64,000 nt of DNA from an uncultured Bacilli bacterium (lineage in GTDB: Bacteria; Bacillota_I; Bacilli_A; RF39; UBA660). Made by a program: the position numbers and the translations under genes. The stretch spans positions 10,249 through 74,248 of the forward strand of contig CALVUP010000004.1 of the NCBI GenBank assembly GCA_944363635.1, read 5' to 3'. Positions within the stretch are counted from its first letter, which is position 1. The number at the start of each line of letters is the position of its first letter. Below the pieces are notes generated by a model. That model ran no database searches. It had not been told where the DNA came from and saw only the letters and a list, made by a program, of their open reading frames with translations. Of the stretch, positions 31,067 to 40,827 are shown one piece after another.

Positions 31067-31151
31067 ATTTAAAACCCCCTTTTTAAATATGGGTGTATTA
31101 TACCATATTTTACTTGATTTTGCAAGTTTCAATAAAAAAAGTAGCTTCTTG

Positions 31152-31532
31152 CTACTCAACTTCGCCTTTCCATAAACCATGTTTATTACAATAGGAATAG
31201 ATTAATGCTCCCTTTTCGTAAGGTACAATAATCTCAGGAATATCCCCTGGTTGTAATAGAATTTCTCTATTTTCTTTTTCCGTTTTTACTAAAATCCATT
31301 CAATATAATGATCAGGATCCATAACATGATTGACTTTAATATGTAAATTGTCTCCTTCTTTTTCATAGGTTGGAACATGTTTTTCAAAAGCAGCATCCAC
31401 GCTATTGGTTTTTATCTCTTTCATTGGTTCTTCACAACAAATAATTCCACAATCCTTACAAGTACAATCTTGTAATACTTTTACTAACGCTCCACATTTT
31501 TCACATTTTTTCAACTTTAATTCTTTCACCAT
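31152..31532 (-). CDS. dfx: Desulfoferrodoxin / superoxide reductase
   Basis: CEKCG...CC, EKHVP, HVM..DHYIEW, YCNKHGLW. Confidence 0.93.
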   Translation of the reverse strand: MVKELKLKKCEKCGALVKVLQDCTCKDCGIICCEEPMKEIKTNSVDAAFEKHVPTYEKEGDNLHIKVNHVMDPDHYIEWILVKTEKENREILLQPGDIPEIIVPYEKGALIYSYCNKHGLWKGEVE

Positions 31533-31647
31533 TTTCTCATCTCCTCTTATATTATAATATAATTTTATCTATAAACAAAGGAAAAATATGATAAAATAAA
31601 TAATAGAAGATAAGCTTAAAAAGTTACTTCTATAAAATTTTAAGGAA

Positions 31648-32829
31648 GTGTTTATTATGTCTGATAAATTCGTATTGGGTTTTTTTGACCATCTAGAAAT
31701 CATTTTATTCGTTGTTGCAGTATTTGGCTTTATTCTACCTATGTCTTATTCTATAGCAAAAAGAGGGAGAAAAAAAACACAACAAGCTGTATTAAACCAA
31801 CGAACAATCTTGATTGATTCGGGAGTTGTCAATAAAATATTTTTCGTATTATTTTTCTCGGTCTTTGTGATTGTAGGTATTATTATGATTTATATTATTA
31901 TTAATCAAGGAAAAACATTATCAAATATACTTGTTAGTATTTTTGTAGGCTTATGTTTATGTGGTTTTCCTCTTTGGATGTGTTTTGATATCATAAAAAC
32001 TACGATTAAGATTTTAACAAAGCAGTATGTAATTGTAACAGATAAACTATTGGATATATATTATTATCATAATGCATCAAATGATGATTCAGCAGATCTA
32101 TCGGGCTGGAGGCTTTATTTCCAAGATTTCTTTAAAGTATATAATCGAGATGTTACAATACATAATATAGACAAAATCAGTAAATACCAAAAAGGTGATG
32201 TCTTTTATTTGGTATTTGTAAGTGGAAAGCAGAAACCTTATGTTTTCCCATCTAATGAATATATCTTAGATCCAAGTGAAAGGGATAAATTAAAAACTCT
32301 AGAAGAGGCAAAAGAGTATATAAAACTTAAAAAATTTAATTTAAAAGCAGAAGTATATAACGGAAAAAAAGTGATCAATCCAAATACAATCATTCATGAT
32401 TTTTTTAGTAAAGATGAAAAAATAACCTTATTATTCTTTAGCATATGTTCTATCTTCTTATTGATAGTATGTATAGGTATATCTTTTTTCAATTTAGTCG
32501 CATCTATGGTTGTCCTATTTATGTTTATATGTATTGTATGTATTACAATTGTAAAAATCAAATATCTATATAGTATCATTCGTAAAATAAAGCGTAGCCA
32601 ATATGAAATCAAAATCGATGAAGTCATTTCTGTAAATGAAAATTTACAATACTCTGATTCAAATCAAATCACATCTATTCAATTTAAAAATTATGACAAA
32701 ATCGTGTATACCAATAAAAAAGAAAATTATAATGCTCAAATTGGAGATTCATTTTATTTAGTTTTTGTTAAAGGAGAAACTGCTCCTATTCATGTTTATA
32801 ATACAAAAAATTATATGTTAGAAAAATAA
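31648..32829 (+). CDS. Membrane protein with an internally duplicated TM + soluble module
   Basis: Two halves each with 2 TM helices followed by GD(V/S)FYLVFV.G..P motifs. Confidence 0.75.
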   Translation: MFIMSDKFVLGFFDHLEIILFVVAVFGFILPMSYSIAKRGRKKTQQAVLNQRTILIDSGVVNKIFFVLFFSVFVIVGIIMIYIIINQGKTLSNILVSIFVGLCLCGFPLWMCFDIIKTTIKILTKQYVIVTDKLLDIYYYHNASNDDSADLSGWRLYFQDFFKVYNRDVTIHNIDKISKYQKGDVFYLVFVSGKQKPYVFPSNEYILDPSERDKLKTLEEAKEYIKLKKFNLKAEVYNGKKVINPNTIIHDFFSKDEKITLLFFSICSIFLLIVCIGISFFNLVASMVVLFMFICIVCITIVKIKYLYSIIRKIKRSQYEIKIDEVISVNENLQYSDSNQITSIQFKNYDKIVYTNKKENYNAQIGDSFYLVFVKGETAPIHVYNTKNYMLEK

Positions 32830-32864
32830 CATTGCAGCAAAAAGGAAATGAAAGTAAAATACAA

Positions 32865-33818
32865 TCATTTCCTTTTTATCATTTTATAATGATACTTTGT
32901 CTTTCCGTTAGGTATAAATCCTAATTCTTTATATAATTTTCCTACAGGGTTCTGTTTAAAATATTGAATATGAATATCTTGATTTTTATGCAATTGTAAT
33001 ATATCTTTTAATACTTGCGTCCCAATCCCTTTTCCTTGATATTCTGAAATAATACAAACATTACCAATTTCATAACTACCATCTTCCAAAGTCTTTCCAT
33101 TATAAAAACCAATATCTTTACCATTTAATTGAATAATATATGCATCCTTTTTTACCGTATTTATAAAATCTTCAAAATAATTTCTTTGTTCTTCTTCGTT
33201 CCAAGTGCCAAAGTACTCTTCCACATATTTTTGATAAGCCTCTTTTTTTGTCTGGTATACAAATTCTTTATAGTTATGATATTGGTTCTCAATATAAGGT
33301 CTCATATTGTATTGATTTTTATCTACATTGTCATGATTTAATTTTGGAAATTTTTCCATACGATAGATTCCTTCATCATCAACTATATTTCCAAACTTTT
33401 TAAATCCCCAACCAAAGTGTTTATAGAACTCAACAGCTGTAATACTCGCAGGTATTTCAACTCTATCTGCTCTTTTATAATATTCATCTTGCTCTAGAGT
33501 TTCTATTATTTTTCTACCTAAACCCTGTCCTTTATAATCCGGATCTATAAATATTGTAAAGAAAGAACTTTCAGTTAGACTACCCCAATAAGGTCCAATC
33601 ATACCAACACCAACAATTTCCTCTTCATCCGTTAATACATAAACATGAAAATCTTCAGCTCTTTTTTTTATTAAATCTTCATTATGTGTACGTAGTAAAT
33701 CCTCTATAGCTTCTTTAGAATAATCCTTTATGTTTTCTTTCAAAACATCTTTTTTTACAACGGCACATATAGTAGCTTCGTCACCTTCTATATATCTTCT
33801 TACTTTAATATCACCCAT
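32865..33818 (-). CDS. Tandem GNAT acetyltransferase
   Basis: Two AcCoA-binding motifs (PDYKGQGLG and EYQGKGIG), followed by FYKHFG and LYKELGF. Confidence 0.88.
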   Translation of the reverse strand: MGDIKVRRYIEGDEATICAVVKKDVLKENIKDYSKEAIEDLLRTHNEDLIKKRAEDFHVYVLTDEEEIVGVGMIGPYWGSLTESSFFTIFIDPDYKGQGLGRKIIETLEQDEYYKRADRVEIPASITAVEFYKHFGWGFKKFGNIVDDEGIYRMEKFPKLNHDNVDKNQYNMRPYIENQYHNYKEFVYQTKKEAYQKYVEEYFGTWNEEEQRNYFEDFINTVKKDAYIIQLNGKDIGFYNGKTLEDGSYEIGNVCIISEYQGKGIGTQVLKDILQLHKNQDIHIQYFKQNPVGKLYKELGFIPNGKTKYHYKMIKRK

Positions 33819-33853
33819 ATTGACACCTCTTCATTTATTTAGATGTATAGGAT

Positions 33854-34577
33854 TTATTTGTTTCTTGATTTAATTAAAATCCTATGTTCTTTATCATTAA
33901 AATCTATATTTCTTTTTGCATATTCATATAAATTCTTAACTTTTTGAAATTGTATTTCTGCGGGACTGTTTGTATCTGTAATTGCGTCGATATACAAATC
34001 TATAAATTCTTGCTCTGGAATGGCATATCCAGAGTAAGAAGCTCTATACTTTTCATCCGTATAAATTCTAAAAACTTTTGAAGTACTCACCAAAGCTAAT
34101 CCATTTATGTTATGATAAAATTTTCTTATTTTTTCTATGGTCAAATGATATAAATGTGTAAAGTTAGGTGTATTATCATCTAAACTTTTTTTTAATTTTT
34201 CCATTCGATTGTTTATAATGGATACATATTCCTTAGCGGTATCATCATCGAGTTTTGGTAAAGGATTTTTAAATTTAGAAATTGTATATTCTTGTAACTT
34301 TTTTAGATCTCCTGTTTTATCGAATATTATTTTAGATGTTCCAACAATTGATAGCCAAGCTGCATTTCTGTTTTCAAAGTCATTATCCACAGATAAATAT
34401 AAATCATTTAATGGTTTTTCAAAATATTCTACTTGTCTGCCATCAGTAAATATTGGAATCTTTATGATTTAATCCTGTTAAATAACTGCCATAAAAAAAC
34501 ATACCTAAAACATGTTTGTTTTCTAAATATTTTCTATCTGCAATAAATTTTTCAATAATTGATGATACATCAACCAT
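33854..34577 (-). pseudogene. Pol-beta-type nucleotidyltransferase gene broken by internal deletion/frameshift
   Basis: ATG 34577 after AAGGGGG reads ...VLGMFFYGSYLTGLNHKDSNIY*; continues in another frame as TDGRQVEYFEKP... into the 178-aa ORF; the DxD motif is absent. Confidence 0.75.
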
Positions 34578-34726
34578 AATATCCCCCTTATACCAGTATT
34601 TCGATGGATAATCTCCGAGTATTCTAAAAGAATATAAATTTATTAAAACTTAATAATTATTCTATCATATATTTAGATATATTAAAACTCTTAAACTAAA
34701 AGAAATAGTTCATAGCAACTATTTCT

Positions 34727-35686
34727 TTAACTATTGTTATCCAAACTCTTTACCAATTTCTTGGCTTTGTCATTTCCCACTTTAGAAGTAGTTACTTTTA
34801 CATCAGGATCATCGTCCCAAGTATAAAAACCGTCTAGTTTGTGACTTTCTGTAAAAGTTGAAGTTGATAAATCTATATCAAGTGCTTTTTTATATTCACC
34901 ATAAGCAATACCCATTATTTTTTCATGACCTTGAATTAATAATTCATAATTGGCTCTTGCTAAATAACCGCTTGCATTCGTACTAATTTGTAAATTTCTA
35001 TCTTGATGATACAATATAGCTATTCTTTTTGAAATTACATTATAGAATTGAATGATTGAATATTTTATTGATTCAACACCAATCAATTCCGCTAAATCCA
35101 GTTCGAATAAATATTTAATGATATTATCACACTGTTTAGGCCACTCATGATTCCCTGTTTCTTCTTCTATATAACTATTCCAAATATCATCAATAAGCAA
35201 AGCGGCAACATCTTTGCCTATTACCAAATCATTCTCATCGATTTCAACATTTTCATCTATTTTTCTTTTTGGATAAGTGAATAAATACTCTCCAATTATA
35301 CTTCTAATTTTAAACGTTTGCCCTTTATAATTATCATATCTTCCCATACCATGATCCATAAAATAAGTAGTAATTACACTTTTATCAAAATCACTTAACT
35401 TATAATTTGCCTTAATTAAATAATCTTGATCTTTTTCACTATATATCATATCCATATGTGGAGTGTTTTCTGACCAGTCACTTTCAGCTTTACGTTTAAA
35501 AAATCTTTGAAATAGTTTATCCCCCTCATGTAAAGAATCTTCTACTTGCATCTTACTTTCAAAAAAATACAAAAAGTTTATAAATTCTGATGTTAAAAAA
35601 CTTGGTTCATAGCCATTTTTAACTTTATACATCATATACTCAACGATTAAATCATCAACGGTTAGCTTATATTCTAAATTTACCAT
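34727..35686 (-). CDS. Hypothetical orphan protein
   Basis: 319-aa ORF with GGAGG RBS, TATAAT promoter and a terminator hairpin at its end. Confidence 0.78.
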   Translation of the reverse strand: MVNLEYKLTVDDLIVEYMMYKVKNGYEPSFLTSEFINFLYFFESKMQVEDSLHEGDKLFQRFFKRKAESDWSENTPHMDMIYSEKDQDYLIKANYKLSDFDKSVITTYFMDHGMGRYDNYKGQTFKIRSIIGEYLFTYPKRKIDENVEIDENDLVIGKDVAALLIDDIWNSYIEEETGNHEWPKQCDNIIKYLFELDLAELIGVESIKYSIIQFYNVISKRIAILYHQDRNLQISTNASGYLARANYELLIQGHEKIMGIAYGEYKKALDIDLSTSTFTESHKLDGFYTWDDDPDVKVTTSKVGNDKAKKLVKSLDNNS

Positions 35687-35763
35687 AAACGCCTCCTTTT
35701 TCTAATACTATTATACTATAAAATTATACGCATAAATAAATTTTTTTAATAAGATCACTTGTA

Positions 35764-36215
35764 TTATTTTCTCATGAACATTTTTTCCATATCATCATTA
35801 ATCTCTTTACATATACCATCATAGTGAATTACTTTTTTTAAATGTTCTATTTTCCTTTGCAATCGTTCGATACCTTGCTGAGCATACATGCCTGTAATCT
35901 TATCATAAATAAGATATTGTCTATCTTTTGTAATTCTTTCCACAATACAATGATCTGCACATAATAGATCATCTTTATTAGCAACTTGAGGACTTAACTT
36001 TAAATTATCAATAGTTGCATAAACTAATTGGACATCATCTTTTTCATCTAAAATACCCTGGCAATAAGTAACGCTCTATCCTAATACTTACCATTTGACA
36101 TACTATCCGATAATAATATTATGGATGCAGCAATACACCATAATAAATATTTTTTAATTTTTCTATGAATACATCATAAGGTACAATAGAACCATGTTTT
36201 AATCCCAAGCATTAA
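35764..36215 (-). pseudogene. Degraded gene remnant, possibly transglutaminase-like
   Basis: Across two frameshifts and a stop: GLKHGSIVPYD..EKLKNIYYG / IAASIILLSDSMSNGKY*DRALLIAR / LDEKDDVQLVYATID...DHCIVER...LIYD...; no start or RBS. Confidence 0.65.
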
Positions 36216-36330
36216 ACAGCTTATTAATTGGCAAATGTGTTCCCAAATTAGCAAAAATAAAACTACTTTCAATTATTATTTAAAAGTAGCTTTTATATTT
36301 AATCTCAAAAATTTGAGTTTTCTATCCTTC

Positions 36331-36414
36331 TGGTGCGGGAGATGGGACTTGAACCCACACGACTTTCATCAAAGGTGTTTGAGACCTTCGCGTCTACCAT
36401 TCCGCCACTCCCGC
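36331..36414 (-). tRNA. tRNA-Leu (anticodon CAA)
   Basis: GCGGGAG/CTCCCGC acceptor stem, AAGGT-CTCAAAC-ACCTT anticodon arm, long variable arm, GTTCAAG, encoded CCA. Confidence 0.95.
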
Positions 36415-36454
36415 ATGCATTACAATTATATCATTAATATTTAAAAAAAGGAAG

Positions 36455-37030
36455 TTATTTTTCTTCCTTTTCTTGATATTTTGATAAATATAGATCAATT
36501 TCTTCTTCATTTTGCCCTTTAATTGTAATATCTTTCATTTTAGGTAATTCTTCTATAGTAGAAAGTCCAAAGTAATCTAAGAATTCTCTAGTGGTTTGAT
36601 AAAGAATAGGTCTTCCCGGCATATCACTTCTTCCTGCCTCTTTTACAAGGCCTTTCGCAACAAGTCTTCGAATCATCTGTCCGCTATATACACCTCTTAT
36701 CTCATCTACTTCACTTCTTGTGATAGGCGCTTTATAAGCAATAATCGCTAGTGTTTCTAAAGCGGCTTGACTTAACATATTGGTATTTGGTGTTTCTACT
36801 AATTTCTTATAATATTCTTTATGTTCTTTTTTTGTTGTTAATTTAAAACGATCTCCCAAAAAGTGAATTTGAATGCCTCGATCTTCTTTTGCATATTTTT
36901 CTCTTAAAGAAGTTAAAGCGGCTTTTACATCTTCTTCTTTGATCTCTAATATTTCTTGTAATTGGTCTAAAGTTAAACCTTCATCTCCAACTATAAATAA
37001 TAATCCTTCTATAATTGCTTCTATATTCAT
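36455..37030 (-). CDS. scpB: Segregation and condensation protein B
   Basis: LSQAALETLAIIAY..PITR, GRPILY.TT..FL.YFGL. Confidence 0.96.
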   Translation of the reverse strand: MNIEAIIEGLLFIVGDEGLTLDQLQEILEIKEEDVKAALTSLREKYAKEDRGIQIHFLGDRFKLTTKKEHKEYYKKLVETPNTNMLSQAALETLAIIAYKAPITRSEVDEIRGVYSGQMIRRLVAKGLVKEAGRSDMPGRPILYQTTREFLDYFGLSTIEELPKMKDITIKGQNEEEIDLYLSKYQEKEEK

Positions 37031-37746
37031 TCGACTACCTCACATATTATATTATCAAAATTGTTTTCTTGCTTTATAATTAATTCTCTTTTTTTCGCCA
37101 TTTCTAATATGGTTAGAAAAGTAACGACAATGTATTCTTTTGTTGGTGTTTCAAATAAATCAAAAAAGGAAACTTTCTTTTTCTCTTTTAAAATGTTTTT
37201 GATACTTTGTCTTCGCTGTTCAATAGATATTTCTTTTGTAGTCACATTGGTTTTTAATGGTTGATCTAGTTCTTTTCTTTCTAATACTTTTTTTAAAGCT
37301 TCCATTAAATCTTCTAAAGATAAATCACTATTTATAACTGTGCCTTCTTCTTGGTATTCTTTTAGGCTTTCTGGGATCTTTGTATGAATATCTTTTCTTT
37401 TCATTTCTAGTTCTTTAAATTCTTTGGTTAGATTTTTATATTTTTGATATTCAATTAATCTTTGAATTAAAGCTTCTCTTGGATCCATTTCCTCTTCTTC
37501 GGTTTCTTCTTTTTTCGGATTTGGTAAAAGTAGTTTTGATTTTAGTTCAATAAGTTCAGAAGCCATAACTAAATAACTACTCGCAATATCTAAATTCATT
37601 TCTTTCATAGCATTTATATAATCTAAATATTGTTCTACGATATCTTCTATTTTAATATCCCAGATTTCTACTTTGGATTCTTTAATTAAGTGCAAAAGTA
37701 GATCTAAAGGACCTTCAAATTCATTGATTTTTACTTTATATTCCAT
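37027..37746 (-). CDS. scpA: Segregation and condensation protein A
   Basis: FEGPLDLLLHLI, KSKLLLP, VTFL.ILE. Confidence 0.96.
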   Translation of the reverse strand: MEYKVKINEFEGPLDLLLHLIKESKVEIWDIKIEDIVEQYLDYINAMKEMNLDIASSYLVMASELIELKSKLLLPNPKKEETEEEEMDPREALIQRLIEYQKYKNLTKEFKELEMKRKDIHTKIPESLKEYQEEGTVINSDLSLEDLMEALKKVLERKELDQPLKTNVTTKEISIEQRRQSIKNILKEKKKVSFFDLFETPTKEYIVVTFLTILEMAKKRELIIKQENNFDNIICEVVE

Positions 37747-37775
37747 ATTTAACACCATATTTATTATACAAGATT
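37742..37775. repeat. Direct repeat copy 1 (scpA -10/RBS/ATG)
   Basis: tccatatttaacaccatatttattatacaagatt; 32/34 identical to 39073-39106. Confidence 0.85.
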
Positions 37776-37811
37776 ATTAAAATAAAGTCTATATTAGAAA
37801 AGAGGAGTAAT

Positions 37812-39077
37812 TTATTTCTTTCTTGTTACCTCCTCTATATCAATCCTTTTATCTCCTAAATTTGTAATTTCTTCTGTCATTTTCTTTAATGGCATCTGCT
37901 CATAAGACGAAAAATCGCTTTTCCTTTTTATGTCATCATTTTCTAAATAGTAATGTCTTCCTGTTGTTAAAGTAGAAGGTTTTTTTATAAAACGATTCCC
38001 CATCATAATTCTACACAAAATTATACCAGCATCTTTCACTTTTGAAAGAGTTCTCGCACAATTGTCAAAATAAATTTGTGTTATTTTTGTTTTTGGAGAT
38101 GCTTTTATTTTTTTATAGACTCTAGATTGTTTTATATTTAAATTTATATTATGATACAAAGCTTCTAAATTAATCACAAACCAACTATCTTTTTTAATAT
38201 CCCTTGTTCTTGCATGCGTAAAATCATAAATATATTCTTTTCCATTTATTTCAATGGAATTTAATCCATGGTCTTCTTTTTCTGAAAAGAGTATTTTTGT
38301 TTTTATATTTAATTGTGGATGGTTTAAAATGAGATAGGACAATTCTGAAAAAGCAGAACAAACACCATTTCTATTTTTTAATAAATAATAGGCTTGATGA
38401 AAATCCTTTGAAAGAGAATTCCTTTTATTTTTTAATTTGACCAATCGTCGTTTTTCAAACTGGAATAAATTCTTTTTTCTTTCATATCGAGCAATTTTCT
38501 TATCAAGTGATTGCTGCTTGTTTGCATGCTTTTTATCATAAGAAAAATAATCGTGATAAAATTTATCTAATAAAAATACCTTTTGAATATCGGAAGTTGC
38601 ATTTTTATTTAGAGCATCTACTAGATTATCGATTTGATCTAAAAATACTTCGATTGGATATTCTTGCTTTTCTTTTGGATTATAAATACGATTGTTATCA
38701 AAATAATTCAGTTTATAACGATCTTTTTTATCTACATCATATACATTATAACAATTTACTGAATTCTGAATCGTCACTCTTTCATCTGCGATTTCCGCTA
38801 TTTCTTTTAGTGAATATATACTAGGAAAGTATGCACTCACATGAATAGGTGATTCTGGATTTTTTTTAATTAAATAATCGACAATTTTTTGATATTGGAA
38901 TTTATCATGTAAATTAAATTGTAAATTTCTTATATTTGGATAGTCTTTTCTTATCTTATCAAAAACAAAATCCATACTTTCTTCTGTATCTAAAAATACA
39001 ATTAAGTCTTCATCATTATAAATCTGATCGTTATTTAACATTTCTTCCAATGAGACCCATTTTGTCTTATTATCCAT
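37812..39077 (-). CDS. Orphan protein with a transglutaminase-like Cys-His-Asp triad
   Basis: LKNRNGVCSAFS...DHGLNSIEINGKEYIYDFT. Confidence 0.7.
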   Translation of the reverse strand: MDNKTKWVSLEEMLNNDQIYNDEDLIVFLDTEESMDFVFDKIRKDYPNIRNLQFNLHDKFQYQKIVDYLIKKNPESPIHVSAYFPSIYSLKEIAEIADERVTIQNSVNCYNVYDVDKKDRYKLNYFDNNRIYNPKEKQEYPIEVFLDQIDNLVDALNKNATSDIQKVFLLDKFYHDYFSYDKKHANKQQSLDKKIARYERKKNLFQFEKRRLVKLKNKRNSLSKDFHQAYYLLKNRNGVCSAFSELSYLILNHPQLNIKTKILFSEKEDHGLNSIEINGKEYIYDFTHARTRDIKKDSWFVINLEALYHNINLNIKQSRVYKKIKASPKTKITQIYFDNCARTLSKVKDAGIILCRIMMGNRFIKKPSTLTTGRHYYLENDDIKRKSDFSSYEQMPLKKMTEEITNLGDKRIDIEEVTRKK

Positions 39078-39106
39078 ATTTATCACCATATTTATTATAT
39101 AAGATT
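39073..39106. repeat. Direct repeat copy 2 (orphan -10/RBS/ATG)
   Basis: tccatatttatcaccatatttattatataagatt; 32/34 identical to 37742-37775. Confidence 0.85.
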
Positions 39107-39167
39107 TGATAAAATATTACAAATTATTCTTATATACTTTTCATTTTTTGTTTGGTATAATTGTTTT

Positions 39168-39473
39168 ATGAAACGATTTACTATGATGGATGAAAAATTT
39201 ATATGTGAACATTGTAAAAGTGAAGTACTTCCTTTAGGGTATACAGCAAGAGATCATTGCCCTTATTGTTTGTACTCTAAACATGTGGATATTCTACCAG
39301 GGGACAGAAGTAATTCTTGTCATGGATTATTAGTTCCTATCGGTATAGAAAAATATAAAGATACTTTTAAAATTGTATATCAATGTGAACGTTGCAAGAA
39401 ATTTCATAAAAATATTATGGCTCAGGATGATAATATGGACAAAATAATAGAACTATCGAATGTAGAAAGATAG
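39168..39473 (+). CDS. RNHCP domain protein
   Basis: F.CEHC...RDHCPYCLYSKHVD..PGDR...C.G. Confidence 0.9.
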   Translation: MKRFTMMDEKFICEHCKSEVLPLGYTARDHCPYCLYSKHVDILPGDRSNSCHGLLVPIGIEKYKDTFKIVYQCERCKKFHKNIMAQDDNMDKIIELSNVER

Positions 39474-39483
39474 TTCTATTTTA

Positions 39484-39834
39484 TTAATCCTTTGGTTTAA
39501 AAAACAAAGAGAAGATAAAGGTAAATATGATGGCTGCGGTAATTCCGGAGGCTGTTAGATTAAACATTCCTGTTAAAAGTCCAATAAAGCCATATTGTTC
39601 TGCTTGTGCAAGGGCGCCATGAATAAGTAAATGCCCAAAACTTGTAATGGGTACCATAGCGCCTCCACCAACTACGGTTACAATTTTATCATAAATATTA
39701 AAGATATCTAGAAATGCACCTAAACAAACAAATATACTTGTGATATGCCCAGCAGTAAGTTTGGTATTATCGAGTATAATTTGTCCTAGTAAACAGACAG
39801 CTCCTGCGAATAAAAAGGAATTTAAATAGATCAT
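39484..39834 (-). CDS. spoVAE: Stage V sporulation protein AE
   Basis: CLLGQ, GGGAMVPITSFG, FKPK. Confidence 0.9.
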   Translation of the reverse strand: MIYLNSFLFAGAVCLLGQIILDNTKLTAGHITSIFVCLGAFLDIFNIYDKIVTVVGGGAMVPITSFGHLLIHGALAQAEQYGFIGLLTGMFNLTASGITAAIIFTFIFSLFFKPKD

Positions 39835-40826
39835 TTTACCAGCTCCAAACTAACAGCATGCGCTGTTGATAAAATATTTTGTTTTTGATAAACAAGTGTT
39901 GGGGAGAACAGTGCTCCTGTTGCAACAATTAATACTTTTTTTAATTTTCCTTCTTCTATTTTTTTAAAAATATAACTATAGTTTACTAAAGCACTACATA
40001 CAGGGCCAGAACCTCCTGCCATCACTTCTTTTTGTTCCTTTAAATCGTAAAGCATCGTTCCACAATCGTCATAGTTCTTACTAATATCAATATTGTATTC
40101 TTGATGCATATAATCAATTAATATTTCTTTTCCATACACACCTAAATCTCCTGTTAAAATTAGATCATAATAATCAGGTGTACGATTGGTATCAATTAAA
40201 TGCCTATAAATGGTATCTGCGGCAGCTGGTGCCATAACGGCTCCCATGTTAAAGGGATCTGTTATTCCCATATCGCTTATTTTTCCTATAGTGGAACTTT
40301 CTACTTTGATTTTACTTTTCTTTCCTGATAAAAGTAAACTTGCTCCTCCCGTTGATGTAAATGTTGCTGTTTTTGGTTTTGGTGCACCATATTCGGTCGG
40401 ATTACGAAATTGTTTTTCAGAAGACATATTGTGAGAACTTACGGATGTAATACATTTTTTGATTTGTCCTGCTTCAATAAAATTAGAAGCGATAATGATT
40501 CCTTCAACACTTGTCGAACAAGCTCCATAGATCCCTAAAAAGGGTAAGTTGTACTTTTGAAGTCCATAACTTGAAGAAGTAATTTGATTTAATAAATCTC
40601 CAGCAATTAATAAATCAATCGTATCTTTTGTTGTATTTGCCTTTTTTAATAAAATATCAACGCTTTCTTCTAATAATTTAGATTCTGCTTGTTCCCATGT
40701 TTTCGCACCATTATATAAATCATTATAACTTTTATCAAAAAAACTACTTAATGGTCCTTTTTTTTCATAAGGCCCTGCGACCGTGGATGCATTGTTTATG
40801 TATACATTATTATATTTGAATGTCAT
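39831..40826 (-). CDS. spoVAD: Stage V sporulation protein AD
   Basis: GPYE..GPL, AGDLLNQ, YGACST, EKQFRNPTEYG, NMGAVMAPAA, GGSG. Confidence 0.96.
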   Translation of the reverse strand: MTFKYNNVYINNASTVAGPYEKKGPLSSFFDKSYNDLYNGAKTWEQAESKLLEESVDILLKKANTTKDTIDLLIAGDLLNQITSSSYGLQKYNLPFLGIYGACSTSVEGIIIASNFIEAGQIKKCITSVSSHNMSSEKQFRNPTEYGAPKPKTATFTSTGGASLLLSGKKSKIKVESSTIGKISDMGITDPFNMGAVMAPAAADTIYRHLIDTNRTPDYYDLILTGDLGVYGKEILIDYMHQEYNIDISKNYDDCGTMLYDLKEQKEVMAGGSGPVCSALVNYSYIFKKIEEGKLKKVLIVATGALFSPTLVYQKQNILSTAHAVSLELVK

Positions 40827-40827
40827 A

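Noticed and set aside
36235-36444. 69-aa plus-strand ORF
   Set aside because: Antisense shadow of tRNA-Leu
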